A stretch of 64,000 nucleotides of DNA, from the IMG/VR virus record IMGVR_UViG_3300027996_000011, positions 1 to 64,000 of that record; one strand, given 5' to 3'. The notes below the pieces were generated by a model. That model saw only the letters and a program-made list of their open reading frames with translations. It searched no databases and was not told the DNA's origin. This DNA is from a virus. Made by a program: the position numbers and the translations under genes. Below, one piece after another: positions 1 to 9,441 of this stretch; positions within the stretch are counted from its first letter, which is position 1; every line of letters starts with the position of its first letter.

Positions 1-1512
1 TTTAGTATCAAAACTTTTCTTTTGTAGGTTCCATCTACCATAAAAAGTTTGACTTGCTTTTCCTGTGATAAACCAAGGTTCTAGTTCTCTATTTTTACCC
101 GTAGAGTCTTGGTTAAGTTTTTCGGTATTCTCAACTTTAATTCCGTCGGGCCCATTTACCTTCATTCCTTTATAGAGTTGTCTTACGTTAAAACCAAATC
201 CATTACTCACTCGTTCACCAAAATAGTCATTTACTTTATATTTGCCATCTTCTACACCATCAACACCAAATGTATTGTTTTCACTTAATTTGCTTAATTC
301 TGGTAAAACTACTTGTGCTAAAGCTTCAAGTGCTTCTATTTCGGCTTGTTGTAACATTTCTGTTCGATTACCATTACCCTCCTTTACCTCTTCATTTATA
401 TTTCCTGTAGCTTTTAATGGGTAGGCTGTTGTCCAAACTTTTTTGGTTACACTATTACCTTCACCATTAACTTCTTTTATTAATATTTCTACATCCTCTC
501 CAAGGTCAGTGGCTAGATACTCACTCATCCAATCCTTTTTAAATTTTTCTTTTAATTTGTCTAGGGTTTCTTCATACCTTAATTTATCCGTAGTTGTTGT
601 TAAGTTTTTTTGCCCATATAATTTTCCTAAATCTTTATCTAATGTTTTTACTTTTTCTATTAATTCTACTATGGTGTATTCTGGAAAATCATTAGGTATT
701 AATTTAGAGTCTTTATATATTTTATAGACATTTCTCATAATCTGTCTTCCTTTTGTTGATGTTACGTTTCCGTCACCATCTACTCTTGTGGGGTACATAT
801 AAGGTGCTGTAACACATTGATGCATGTTTATATCACGTAAAAGGGCAATGTGGTTACCTTTAAAATCACAAGTTATTAAATAGTCACCACTACTAGGGTC
901 GAATCTTGATACAAATTTTTCCAGAGTTAACTGATACTGAACCGCTTTACCATAATACCCTTTAAGTGTTAGAAAAAATGTTGGGTACGGTAGGTGAAAA
1001 AATGCTGTGTATGGTGAGTTAGTTTTTGCTTGTTCAAATAATGTTTTACCCCTAACGTCCGTAAAGTTTATACTTACTTGTGGTATATAGGAAGAATTAA
1101 CCTTAACACTTATAGATGTGATACCAAACCCACCAAAATCTTTATCATTATCAAAAACTCTAGATGGTTTAACACCGTTTTTATCACTTTTTTTACTTTT
1201 ACCAAAATCTGGGTCTGTAAATCCTTCTGTCCAATCTGAATCTAAATTCTTTTTACCACCTGGTTTTAAAAAATTTAATTCACCATCAAATAAATCTACT
1301 TTTATTTCATCACCCGCAGCTGCACCAGCAATAATTTTACTTCTTGGATAAATTTTTGCTGTTAGGTTGGCGTACATTACTAAATCTTCGTGATTGACTA
1401 GTCTATCTACGATTTTACCATTGGAGCCCATAACTTTATTAGGGTCAACAACAACTAAATTGTTACCTACTGGGTTTGTAAAAACATCTCCGGAATTTAA
1501 TTTATCTGCCAT
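1..1512 (-). CDS. Large baseplate/tail-associated protein, N-terminal part (runs off the left edge)
   Basis: Not in the ORF track. ATG at 1512 (MADKLNSGDVFTNPVGNNLVVVDPNK...FGITSISVKVNSSYIPQVSINFTDVRGKTLFEQ...) and the frame appears open to position 1. It overlaps the gp53-like gene by 11 nt. Function is inferred from context (possible hub). Confidence 0.7.
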   Translation of the reverse strand, partial: MADKLNSGDVFTNPVGNNLVVVDPNKVMGSNGKIVDRLVNHEDLVMYANLTAKIYPRSKIIAGAAAGDEIKVDLFDGELNFLKPGGKKNLDSDWTEGFTDPDFGKSKKSDKNGVKPSRVFDNDKDFGGFGITSISVKVNSSYIPQVSINFTDVRGKTLFEQAKTNSPYTAFFHLPYPTFFLTLKGYYGKAVQYQLTLEKFVSRFDPSSGDYLITCDFKGNHIALLRDINMHQCVTAPYMYPTRVDGDGNVTSTKGRQIMRNVYKIYKDSKLIPNDFPEYTIVELIEKVKTLDKDLGKLYGQKNLTTTTDKLRYEETLDKLKEKFKKDWMSEYLATDLGEDVEILIKEVNGEGNSVTKKVWTTAYPLKATGNINEEVKEGNGNRTEMLQQAEIEALEALAQVVLPELSKLSENNTFGVDGVEDGKYKVNDYFGERVSNGFGFNVRQLYKGMKVNGPDGIKVENTEKLNQDSTGKNRELEPWFITGKASQTFYGRWNLQKKSFDTK

Positions 1513-1819
1513 AGTAGAGGAAGTGTTGGTCTAATTTTGATTTATAGTCCTCTAGTGATTGCATTAATGGGAATGGTATTGTTATTATTGTACCATCTGG
1601 TATATTCCATTCTTGTCCACCAAATGTTGGGTTAGACTGCATAATTAACCAACCATAGTATGGTGAACCGTAGTATTGTTGTGAAAATTTATCTAATCTA
1701 CTTTTACCAGTTTTATATACCACTTGTCTATCACTAGATTTTGGTGCTAGTTTTATGCCTGGTACCATTATATAATCACCATTAACAATAAACTCATTAT
1801 ATCTATTATAGTAACTCAT
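1502..1819 (-). CDS. Baseplate wedge protein, T4 gp53-like (LysM-like)
   Basis: RLDKFSQQYYGSPYYGWLIMQSNP...IPDGTIITIP matches the gp53/tail-X LysM-like pattern; baseplate context. Confidence 0.7.
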   Translation of the reverse strand: MSYYNRYNEFIVNGDYIMVPGIKLAPKSSDRQVVYKTGKSRLDKFSQQYYGSPYYGWLIMQSNPTFGGQEWNIPDGTIITIPFPLMQSLEDYKSKLDQHFLYYGR

Positions 1820-1824
1820 AATTT

Positions 1825-2925
1825 TTAACTAATATGTAATTGTCTTTCCAATTTAAAATTAAATTTATTATCTGGTACACCCCCTTGTCTTTGACGTAAA
1901 TTATCCCTAACTAGGTTTTGTGCTGTTGTTCCAGTTGTTATACCAAACTCAACATTAAAGTCACTAGTATAATTACTTAATTGCCCATCTAGTACTTCAT
2001 AACCAGCAACGATACCATTAGTTATTCTAGAATTAAAAAACCTAAGGTCATAACCAATCCAACCCCTAATTATGTCATTTAACAATGGTTCAAACCCTCT
2101 TTTAGTTTTTACTTTTATACCTTTAAACCCACTTTCGTCTATTTTCAATAAATTATCATAGAGTTGGCTATCTCTAAATCTTATTAATTTTTTTAATTCG
2201 TTCTCATAATTGCCATCAAAAGTAAATAATAAACTCTTATTTGTGTAGATATGATTGGAAAAGAAAATATATTCGTTACCTGATGGGTAATCTCTATTAA
2301 ATGTTGGATTAACATATTCACTAATATAATTACCTATACTTGCACTATCTGCTGTGTATGCTTGTATTAGTGTGGTGGTTGATGATGTTAGTTGTTGTAC
2401 CACAACTATCCCACCAAAAGTGTTTTGAAAATACCCATCGTAATTATTTACTGTTATAAAATTTAGTTTGTCTGCTGTTGTACTTAAATTATTTTGTAAC
2501 TTTCTTAAACTATTAACTACGGATATTAAATTATTGTTTATATATTCAAATTGATTTTCTAATACTTTATTTAACAACTCTTTTATATATAGTTTTTCAT
2601 TATCTGTTGGTGATAAGGTGTTAAAGTTTGTTTGTATTGTTGTTGTTTCACTACTAATAGCTATTTTTAATGTTGTGTAGTAGGTTGATACCCTGTCTAG
2701 TAAGTCTTTTGGTATACCCACTAAGTTTGTTACCCCACCACCAATACTATTGTTACCACCTAACATACCTTCGTGATAATTTCTAGAATACATTAATTCT
2801 TCTACTAAACCCATACTATTGTATAAAAATAAATTTTGTATTCTATTCTTAACATCTAGTCCATAGGCTTTACTACTACCAACAAAGGTATTTAAAGTAG
2901 TTTTATAATTAGTTGTCCCTGTCAT
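1825..2925 (-). CDS. Hypothetical virion protein
   Basis: 366-aa ORF in the tail/baseplate operon. Confidence 0.6.
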   Translation of the reverse strand: MTGTTNYKTTLNTFVGSSKAYGLDVKNRIQNLFLYNSMGLVEELMYSRNYHEGMLGGNNSIGGGVTNLVGIPKDLLDRVSTYYTTLKIAISSETTTIQTNFNTLSPTDNEKLYIKELLNKVLENQFEYINNNLISVVNSLRKLQNNLSTTADKLNFITVNNYDGYFQNTFGGIVVVQQLTSSTTTLIQAYTADSASIGNYISEYVNPTFNRDYPSGNEYIFFSNHIYTNKSLLFTFDGNYENELKKLIRFRDSQLYDNLLKIDESGFKGIKVKTKRGFEPLLNDIIRGWIGYDLRFFNSRITNGIVAGYEVLDGQLSNYTSDFNVEFGITTGTTAQNLVRDNLRQRQGGVPDNKFNFKLERQLHIS

Positions 2926-2936
2926 TTTTTAATTTT

Positions 2937-5813
2937 TTATGAAAACCAATCATTTATTTTATCAGTCGCTTTATTTGTAATCCAATCATAACTATTAAAC
3001 TCTTCTGGTTCGTCACCAGTATTAACTAAACTATTAGGGTTATACATTTCTGTATTAGCAAAATAATTGTTAGATAAAGCATTTTGTAATTGTGAGATTG
3101 GTGATTTAAGTCCTTGACCTCCGATATATTTAAAGTTGAGTGAGACCGTTGCTATCATAGGTTGTACACCTATCCCTTCTGGATTTAAATCTAATATTAA
3201 TGGGTCATAACTAAAACTAACAGAATCTATAGCTATTTTTGTGTGGTAAAAATCACCTACTCTAAGAACACATATTGGTGGTGCACCAAAAGCCGTATTT
3301 TCAGCGTCTAAGTTTTCTAACCCTCCCTCTGTTTGTGTTGGGATGGTTTTTCCTGGTCTAGTACATTGTAATAGAAAAGATAGTCTATTATTTAAACCTT
3401 CTGGTGTTGTAGAATGGAATGATGGATGAAAGTATTGTAATTTTCTTTTTAAAGAACTATATAAAAATTCATCAGTAGTTTCTAAATGTTTAAAATAATT
3501 TTCTTCACCCAACAACTTACTTAAAATTTTAGTTTTTAATTTAGCCTGATTTTCTTCCTGATTTGTGGTATTGTTTTTAAGTGTGTTTTTAAATTCTTCT
3601 GTTACACCCCCACCACCTTCGGCTACAGTTTCTGTCCAAGTATCCCAGAATGTTTTTGGGTCACTTGAGTTTTCATCTGTAGGTTCCACAGCATTGTCAG
3701 GACCTGGGTCTGTATTTGGTGGTGTTGGGTTGGTTTCATTACTATTTAAAACTTGGTTTATTTCGTCTGGTGTTAAAAATTCATATTTTTCAGCTAATTC
3801 ATAAACATCATAGTTTTTACATCCAGCAAAAAAAGCTTCTAAAGCTGCATCAGCAACACCGTCTGGTGTTTTAGCTAGTTCTTTTTGTACTATAGCGTTT
3901 AATATAGATGGGTGGTCAACTACAATTTTAAAACCTAATGTCCCAATTCTTTCAGTATAGTTATAAGCGTAAACTGGTTCTGGTCTACCTAAAAAGTTAA
4001 TTGAATTCCATTGTGCTGAGTTTGTATCACCAATACTTATGTCGTATGGTGGAAACCACATAATCCTTCCACCATTTGGCCCTTTCTCTGCCTTTGGCAG
4101 GTTTAGTAACTCTTCACTCCCCCTCCAAGCTAAATTTTCAATAGAAAACATATATTTTTTAACATTTTTTTCTTTTGCTTCCGTATCTACATTTATACCC
4201 ATATTAGGAGCTATGTTTAAATTAAATGTATCATTTAACACAGAACTTTCTTTACCTAGTTGGTTACCTTTAAACCTAACCATATTATTAAATTTATAAT
4301 ATGGGTTATCTTTGGTCCAGGTACGACAGAATTCTCTTTCTTGTAATGAACCAAAAATACCTTCGTCTACAAATTTAACCCCAGAACCTTTAGATATATT
4401 TTTGTACCCATCATTAAATATTTTAGATGTTTGGTCTATTGCATGTCCAGCGTGTTTTCTTCTTGCACCACCCATTAATGGTGCGGAATCTATAAGTTTT
4501 TGTGTTTCGTCTAATAAACCACCTTTTCTTTTGGGTTTTTCTGATGATTTTGTAGTTAACATTTGTGGTGGTGCATTTAAAGACGCAAAAGATTTGTTAC
4601 CAAACCAAGTCCACCCAGCTGATAAACCACCACCATCCATATAAGTCTTACCCATAAGACCAAAAGTTTGGAATAACCAAGTAGCTCTTCCATTTACTGT
4701 TTCTAATTCTTTTGCCAGTGTTGATGGTCCATATACCAAAGCTCCAGTACTTCTACCAAATTCGTCTTGTGGTACAGCGTCTAATGGACTTTGTATTTTT
4801 CCTGGTTCTGATTCTTTAGAGCCAACATAATAGAATGGTACTACCTTTTCTATATTACTAGGTAATGGTACTTTACTATAATCTGGTCTGTAAATATTAT
4901 ATTTTAAAGCTTGGAATAGTGATGATTGTTGTTCTTCACCAGCATACTGTAAAAATATATCACTAGGAATTGGCATATTAGTCGGGCTAGTTGGTATGCC
5001 TAGTCCGTTTGAAAATATTGAGTTTTGTATGGCGTTTGCAGTTGCTGTTATGTTTGGAGCCAACCCACCTACATAATTAATCTGATTTAATTGTAAAGCA
5101 TTTATATCTGGTACAAATGTTGTTTGGAAATAGTTTCCTGGAATGCTAGAGTAACCATAATATAGATTGGTTATTCTGGACATGAAGTCCGTACCCTCTA
5201 GTATTTTATCTCCTGGTGTTCTACTAATGTTAGAGTCAGATGACCCATCCACACTAATATCAAAATCGTACTGGGATTGTATACTCCCTAGGTTTCTACG
5301 TAAATGACCAGCTGATACTTCAGTTAACTTACTATCATTTAAAATTTTATTGTTTAATGTATTAACGAGCCCATTAGTTATGTTTACCGTTTCTAGTATT
5401 TCAGCTGGTGTATAGTTAGACGATACAAATGACTGAGGTGTAACAGTATTTGGTGCGACATATCCTTGTCCTGTTCTAGGTAGTACTTTATCAACATCAA
5501 TTAATTGTACATCCCTATAACCACCCATTGGACCATATTTATTATCTAAAAATAAATTGGTTTGTGGTTTTGTCCCACCTTCAGATACTGTATCTTGGTC
5601 TATTACAAATTTATCAGATAAGTAACTATAGTTTGTGGTTCCTGGTTTTTGTATTCCAAAAGATGGTGTCGTTGGGTTTGAGTCCGCCATATAAGAACTT
5701 TGCAAATTTTTTCCCAACAAAAACTTTCTTAAAATTTCTGTACTAGCAATAGATATTTTATAATTGCCTAATCCATAAGGATTTTGTGAACTAGAATTGT
5801 TTGGTGTTGCCAT
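2937..5813 (-). CDS. Large baseplate/tail-tube-initiator-like structural protein
   Basis: 958 aa. WNSINFLGRPEPVYAYNYTERIGTLGFKIVVD and PPICVLRVGDFY...IDSVSFSYD...PMIATVSLNFKYIG resemble tube-fold baseplate proteins. It lies directly after the tape measure gene. Confidence 0.55.
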   Translation of the reverse strand: MATPNNSSSQNPYGLGNYKISIASTEILRKFLLGKNLQSSYMADSNPTTPSFGIQKPGTTNYSYLSDKFVIDQDTVSEGGTKPQTNLFLDNKYGPMGGYRDVQLIDVDKVLPRTGQGYVAPNTVTPQSFVSSNYTPAEILETVNITNGLVNTLNNKILNDSKLTEVSAGHLRRNLGSIQSQYDFDISVDGSSDSNISRTPGDKILEGTDFMSRITNLYYGYSSIPGNYFQTTFVPDINALQLNQINYVGGLAPNITATANAIQNSIFSNGLGIPTSPTNMPIPSDIFLQYAGEEQQSSLFQALKYNIYRPDYSKVPLPSNIEKVVPFYYVGSKESEPGKIQSPLDAVPQDEFGRSTGALVYGPSTLAKELETVNGRATWLFQTFGLMGKTYMDGGGLSAGWTWFGNKSFASLNAPPQMLTTKSSEKPKRKGGLLDETQKLIDSAPLMGGARRKHAGHAIDQTSKIFNDGYKNISKGSGVKFVDEGIFGSLQEREFCRTWTKDNPYYKFNNMVRFKGNQLGKESSVLNDTFNLNIAPNMGINVDTEAKEKNVKKYMFSIENLAWRGSEELLNLPKAEKGPNGGRIMWFPPYDISIGDTNSAQWNSINFLGRPEPVYAYNYTERIGTLGFKIVVDHPSILNAIVQKELAKTPDGVADAALEAFFAGCKNYDVYELAEKYEFLTPDEINQVLNSNETNPTPPNTDPGPDNAVEPTDENSSDPKTFWDTWTETVAEGGGGVTEEFKNTLKNNTTNQEENQAKLKTKILSKLLGEENYFKHLETTDEFLYSSLKRKLQYFHPSFHSTTPEGLNNRLSFLLQCTRPGKTIPTQTEGGLENLDAENTAFGAPPICVLRVGDFYHTKIAIDSVSFSYDPLILDLNPEGIGVQPMIATVSLNFKYIGGQGLKSPISQLQNALSNNYFANTEMYNPNSLVNTGDEPEEFNSYDWITNKATDKINDWFS

Positions 5814-5846
5814 TTTCTTTTTTAATAAATAGAATGCTACTTCTTT

Positions 5847-7757
5847 TTATGCTGTTGCGTTGGATAGCATCATGCTTAGGTTTTGTAAGTCACCTGAACT
5901 TAATTGTGAGAGTAATCTTTTAACGTTTACTGTCGCGTTTTCTCCCTCACCTTTAACAGTTAACGTACCTGTAAGTTCTATTGGCCCGGTTTGTCCTTGC
6001 ACTCTAGGGGTGGTACTCATATTATTACTAACATTATTGATTTTATTGGTTATATCACCCCCTTGTCCACCATCTAACTCTGTACCACCTAATATAAGGT
6101 CACCCTCATTAAATTTTACTGGTGCCTGACCTGGTCTTAAAATAAAGTCATCAGCTTCGATTGCTGGATTTTGTGATGGTGTAATTATTCCCATTCTTTG
6201 TAAACCATCTAATATAGCTTTACTTGATTCATCCGTTATACCTGTGGGTGGATTTGCTGAAAAATCTGCTAGGAATTCTTTCATTTTACCCTCCCCTATC
6301 AAATTTAGTTGTTTAGTGGTTAGTAATTCCATACTTTCTCCAAGTTGTTGTGATAAACTGGCCATTACCATCCCTTCAGTATCACCACCACCTTCCCTTA
6401 CTAGTTTTCTTATTCCAGTATCAATTGTAGCTAAATATTGATTTGCTTTTTCTGCGACTGTAAGTTGTTGTGCATAAACTTGACTGTCGGTCATACCTAC
6501 AGTTTTTAACTCACCTATTTCTTCAGCTGTTAGTGAATCTAAATCCACCATTTTGTCTAAACTAGGTATTCTAACTTGCATTTCACCACCCTCACCCATT
6601 TGAGCCATGCCAGCTATAAGTTCTTTATCTTCTTCTGTTACATTGTTTAAAAATTCCATTTCAGAAAAAGCCTCTGCTCTTCTTGCTGATTTAACAGCTG
6701 TATCAGCTAAGTCTTGGTACGACATACCCATAGCTTCCGCCATATCTTTTAACTGTCGTCTTTGTTCAGGTGATATTACAAATTTACCTTTGTCTTCATC
6801 AAAAGTTACTGCAGCTGCAGCAGTATCTATTATGGCTTCCTGTAGACCTTCTAGGTCATTAGTAGCCATATACATTAGTTTAAATGGGTCTTGTAAATCA
6901 CCAACAGCTCCACCTATTACTTGCATTTGTGCTGCAAAATCAATCGCACCTTCTGGGTCAAAGAATTTGTCGGCTAATGAAGTTACCGTACTCATTTCTA
7001 ATCCTAGTGCCTGACCCCTAGCTACCATTCTAGCTAAACCTTCAACACCACGTTCAAATCCATAGGTATTAACTAACTTAAGTTGGGATGTTACGTTTCC
7101 TAGGAATTTTTCCATCACCACACCAAACCCTCTTCCAGTCTCAAGTATTTCACTCATGGCATTATTTGATTCATCCACACCACCAATCGCTTTATCTAAA
7201 CTAAAACCTATATCGTCAAATCCTTTAGCAAAATCTGAAGCGTCAAAACCTTCTAGTGTTTTGGTTAATAATGCTGCTCTTTCTGTTACTTCAGGTGAAA
7301 TTCTTAATTTTCTACCAACCTCTAGTGTTATCTCTTTAAATGTAGTAAATAAATCATTTACTGTTAATGCAAATCTTGAAGCTGATTCACCAGCTTCATT
7401 TAACTCATTAATAGTGTCAAATAACTGTTCGTTAGACATTCCAATACTTTTAGAGATGTCTACCCTTAAAGTATCTTCTAAAGCTAACATATCTAATATA
7501 ACACCCATGTTATCTTGTATAGAGGTGGTATCAGTACCGATAGCTGTAATTGCTGTTTGGAATTTTTCTAGGTCTGAAAAACTGAGTGAGTCTTTTGGTG
7601 TTCTGGTTTGTGCCAGCTGTTCTGGTATTTTACCAAAACCTTCTGCTTGAGGTCCTCTATTATTATCGGGTGGGTACCCTACTGGTTCCCACTTACTATT
7701 CTTAGTGTAAGATAGTCTTACACCATTGTTTACTTTTTCATCACCTATCTTTGGCAT
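5847..7757 (-). CDS. Tail tape measure protein
   Basis: 636 aa, Ala/Gly/Met-rich and helical (QRRQLKDMAEAMGMSYQDL). It sits downstream of the tube and chaperone genes, and its size is similar to T4 gp29. Confidence 0.65.
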   Translation of the reverse strand: MPKIGDEKVNNGVRLSYTKNSKWEPVGYPPDNNRGPQAEGFGKIPEQLAQTRTPKDSLSFSDLEKFQTAITAIGTDTTSIQDNMGVILDMLALEDTLRVDISKSIGMSNEQLFDTINELNEAGESASRFALTVNDLFTTFKEITLEVGRKLRISPEVTERAALLTKTLEGFDASDFAKGFDDIGFSLDKAIGGVDESNNAMSEILETGRGFGVVMEKFLGNVTSQLKLVNTYGFERGVEGLARMVARGQALGLEMSTVTSLADKFFDPEGAIDFAAQMQVIGGAVGDLQDPFKLMYMATNDLEGLQEAIIDTAAAAVTFDEDKGKFVISPEQRRQLKDMAEAMGMSYQDLADTAVKSARRAEAFSEMEFLNNVTEEDKELIAGMAQMGEGGEMQVRIPSLDKMVDLDSLTAEEIGELKTVGMTDSQVYAQQLTVAEKANQYLATIDTGIRKLVREGGGDTEGMVMASLSQQLGESMELLTTKQLNLIGEGKMKEFLADFSANPPTGITDESSKAILDGLQRMGIITPSQNPAIEADDFILRPGQAPVKFNEGDLILGGTELDGGQGGDITNKINNVSNNMSTTPRVQGQTGPIELTGTLTVKGEGENATVNVKRLLSQLSSGDLQNLSMMLSNATA

Positions 7758-7788
7758 AATATTAAACTATTTCTATATAAATAGTTAA

Positions 7789-7998
7789 TTATATGTTTTT
7801 ACTTTTGTTTTTTGCTTGTTCGATAGCTTGATTTTTCTTTTCAAATTCTTCTACTAGTTTACCAATGTAGAATCTTCTTTCAAATGTAGGCATTTGTAGT
7901 AAGTCAGTATATGGTATATGTAGGTGTCTCATTAAGAAGTAAAACTCTGACAACAGGGCATTCCTATAGCCCGTAGAAAGGACGAAAAAACTCAACAC
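7789..7998 (-). CDS. Tail/baseplate hub assembly chaperone C-terminal ORF (gp51-like / lambda gpT analogue), possibly reached by frameshift
   Basis: EFYFLMRHLHIPYTDLLQMPTFERRFYIGKL resembles gp51-type chaperones. It has only a weak GTG start and overlaps the upstream ORF in the +1 frame. Confidence 0.6.
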   Translation of the reverse strand: MLSFFVLSTGYRNALLSEFYFLMRHLHIPYTDLLQMPTFERRFYIGKLVEEFEKKNQAIEQAKNKSKNI

Positions 7999-8725
7999 CC
8001 AATGAAACTGATACTTTCATTTCTTCTCCTGATGGTGTGGTTGTCGTAACATTTAAATCCAATGCTGGGGTATTATTTTTGACCATTTTCCTAACGTCTT
8101 GAGCGTCTTTAATAGGCATGGTTTGTATAAACTGTGCAATTGTCATTCGGTCTCTTGTACCATCTACTTCAACTAACATTTTTTCTAGTTGTTTTGTCAT
8201 AAATGGATTTACTGGGTCATTTTTATGAGACTCGTCAATTTTTCTTAGGTCTTCTTGGTCAATAGGTGTTAAAAACTTTAGTTTTGATTTCTTTTTAGAT
8301 TTTTCTAAGTAGAACTCAAATTCGTTTTTATCATCCAATTCTATTGTAACATCTCTTGTTTTTAAAATAGATAAGTCCAAGGTGGTCTCAAATTCAATCC
8401 CTGTTTTTGGGTCTTTTAATTTAACTGAGTAATCAGACCCAAAAGCTGTGTTACGTAAAAAAACCAAAATAGCTTGTTTATCACATTCTGGCATATCACT
8501 AATTTGGATATCCTTATCTAAAACTTTTTTAAGTATTAGTTGATTTACTAAATCTCCACTACCCTGAAGTGATTGTGAAGCTAATAGATTTTCGTCTGAG
8601 GCATTAAGGTAGGTTACTTTTACAGATTTTTTCTTATTTTTATAGAATATACCCTCTGAAGGTAGTGTTACTACGTCATACGGTAAAATTGTTTCTGTAT
8701 CTGGCCTTAAATTATTTTCTAGCAT
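7964..8725 (-). CDS. Baseplate hub/tail assembly chaperone, T4 gp26-like
   Basis: VVTLPSEG..Y, DENLL, DKQAILVFLRNTAFGSDY and the C-terminal VEFFRP are typical of gp26-like proteins. It lies between the tube and tape measure genes. Confidence 0.7.
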   Translation of the reverse strand: MLENNLRPDTETILPYDVVTLPSEGIFYKNKKKSVKVTYLNASDENLLASQSLQGSGDLVNQLILKKVLDKDIQISDMPECDKQAILVFLRNTAFGSDYSVKLKDPKTGIEFETTLDLSILKTRDVTIELDDKNEFEFYLEKSKKKSKLKFLTPIDQEDLRKIDESHKNDPVNPFMTKQLEKMLVEVDGTRDRMTIAQFIQTMPIKDAQDVRKMVKNNTPALDLNVTTTTPSGEEMKVSVSLGVEFFRPFYGL

Positions 8726-8841
8726 AAATTATATATTTTATATAGCTTAATTATATAGCTTTTATTTTATTAGTAAATATTGCTATATTATTTTATATAT
8801 AAAGCTTGAGTATTTCTAATTATAAAGTCAAGTGTTTAAGC

Positions 8842-8867
8842 AAAAAAAAAGCCCCTTAGGACTTTTT
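8842..8867 (-). terminator. Rho-independent terminator after the tail tube gene
   Basis: Minus strand reads AAAAAGTCC-TAAG-GGGC-T9 (one G-U pair). Confidence 0.65.
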
Positions 8868-8886
8868 AATTTTATTTAAATTATTA

Positions 8887-9375
8887 TTAGTAAACTAATA
8901 TACACCTGTCTGGTCTTAAAGTAGCAGATATTGTAGCTAAACCATCATCACTATACCCTAAACTATCGAAGTTTACATCAGTTAAGAAACATCCTTGCAT
9001 TATCCATTTTTCCACAACAACACCTGTTGGGTCTAACATCTCCAAGTCAATATTTTTCTTGTATCCAGCAGCATAACCCATTCTTCCTGTTACCGACTCT
9101 GCATGTAATCTAACCCACTCCATTAATGCTTGTGAAGCAGATGGTCCAATTGGGTCTCTAAATGTTACATTTATTGTATTCCACACAAATCTACCAGCTA
9201 CATAAGTAGATGTGTTAAGAAAAGGTACCTCCACAGAGTTAATTGTTACTTGTGGTCTTGAAGTGCTCTCTACATACCATTCATTGATTCCTAAAGAAGA
9301 ATCGAACCTTAGAATAAATCTATTCTTTTTCTTTGGTTCGTAAGGTATCGGCATTTTCATTAATAAGTCAGCCAT
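8887..9375 (-). CDS. gp19: Tail tube protein, T4 gp19-like
   Basis: YEPKKKNRFILRF, YVAGRFVWNTINVTFRDPIGPSASQALMEW, GYKKNIDLEMLDPTGVVVEKW. Confidence 0.9.
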   Translation of the reverse strand: MADLLMKMPIPYEPKKKNRFILRFDSSLGINEWYVESTSRPQVTINSVEVPFLNTSTYVAGRFVWNTINVTFRDPIGPSASQALMEWVRLHAESVTGRMGYAAGYKKNIDLEMLDPTGVVVEKWIMQGCFLTDVNFDSLGYSDDGLATISATLRPDRCILVY

Positions 9376-9441
9376 ATCTTTTAATTTTAATTTTTACTTT
9401 TTTATTATACCTATAAATATAACGGTAATGAAAAAAATGTT

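Noticed and set aside
242-1351. Plus-strand ORFs 242..424, 443..727 and 1118..1351, and similar antisense ORFs throughout (e.g. 3565-7650, 11944, 29682, 51455, 57084, 62913)
   Set aside because: They are shadows of long genes on the opposite strand, with Ser/Phe/Leu-rich antisense composition and no start context.
7776-7783. Canonical T4 late promoters TATAAATA
   Set aside because: At the gene-proximal sites the octamer points away from the adjacent gene; the coding-strand form is TATTTATA.
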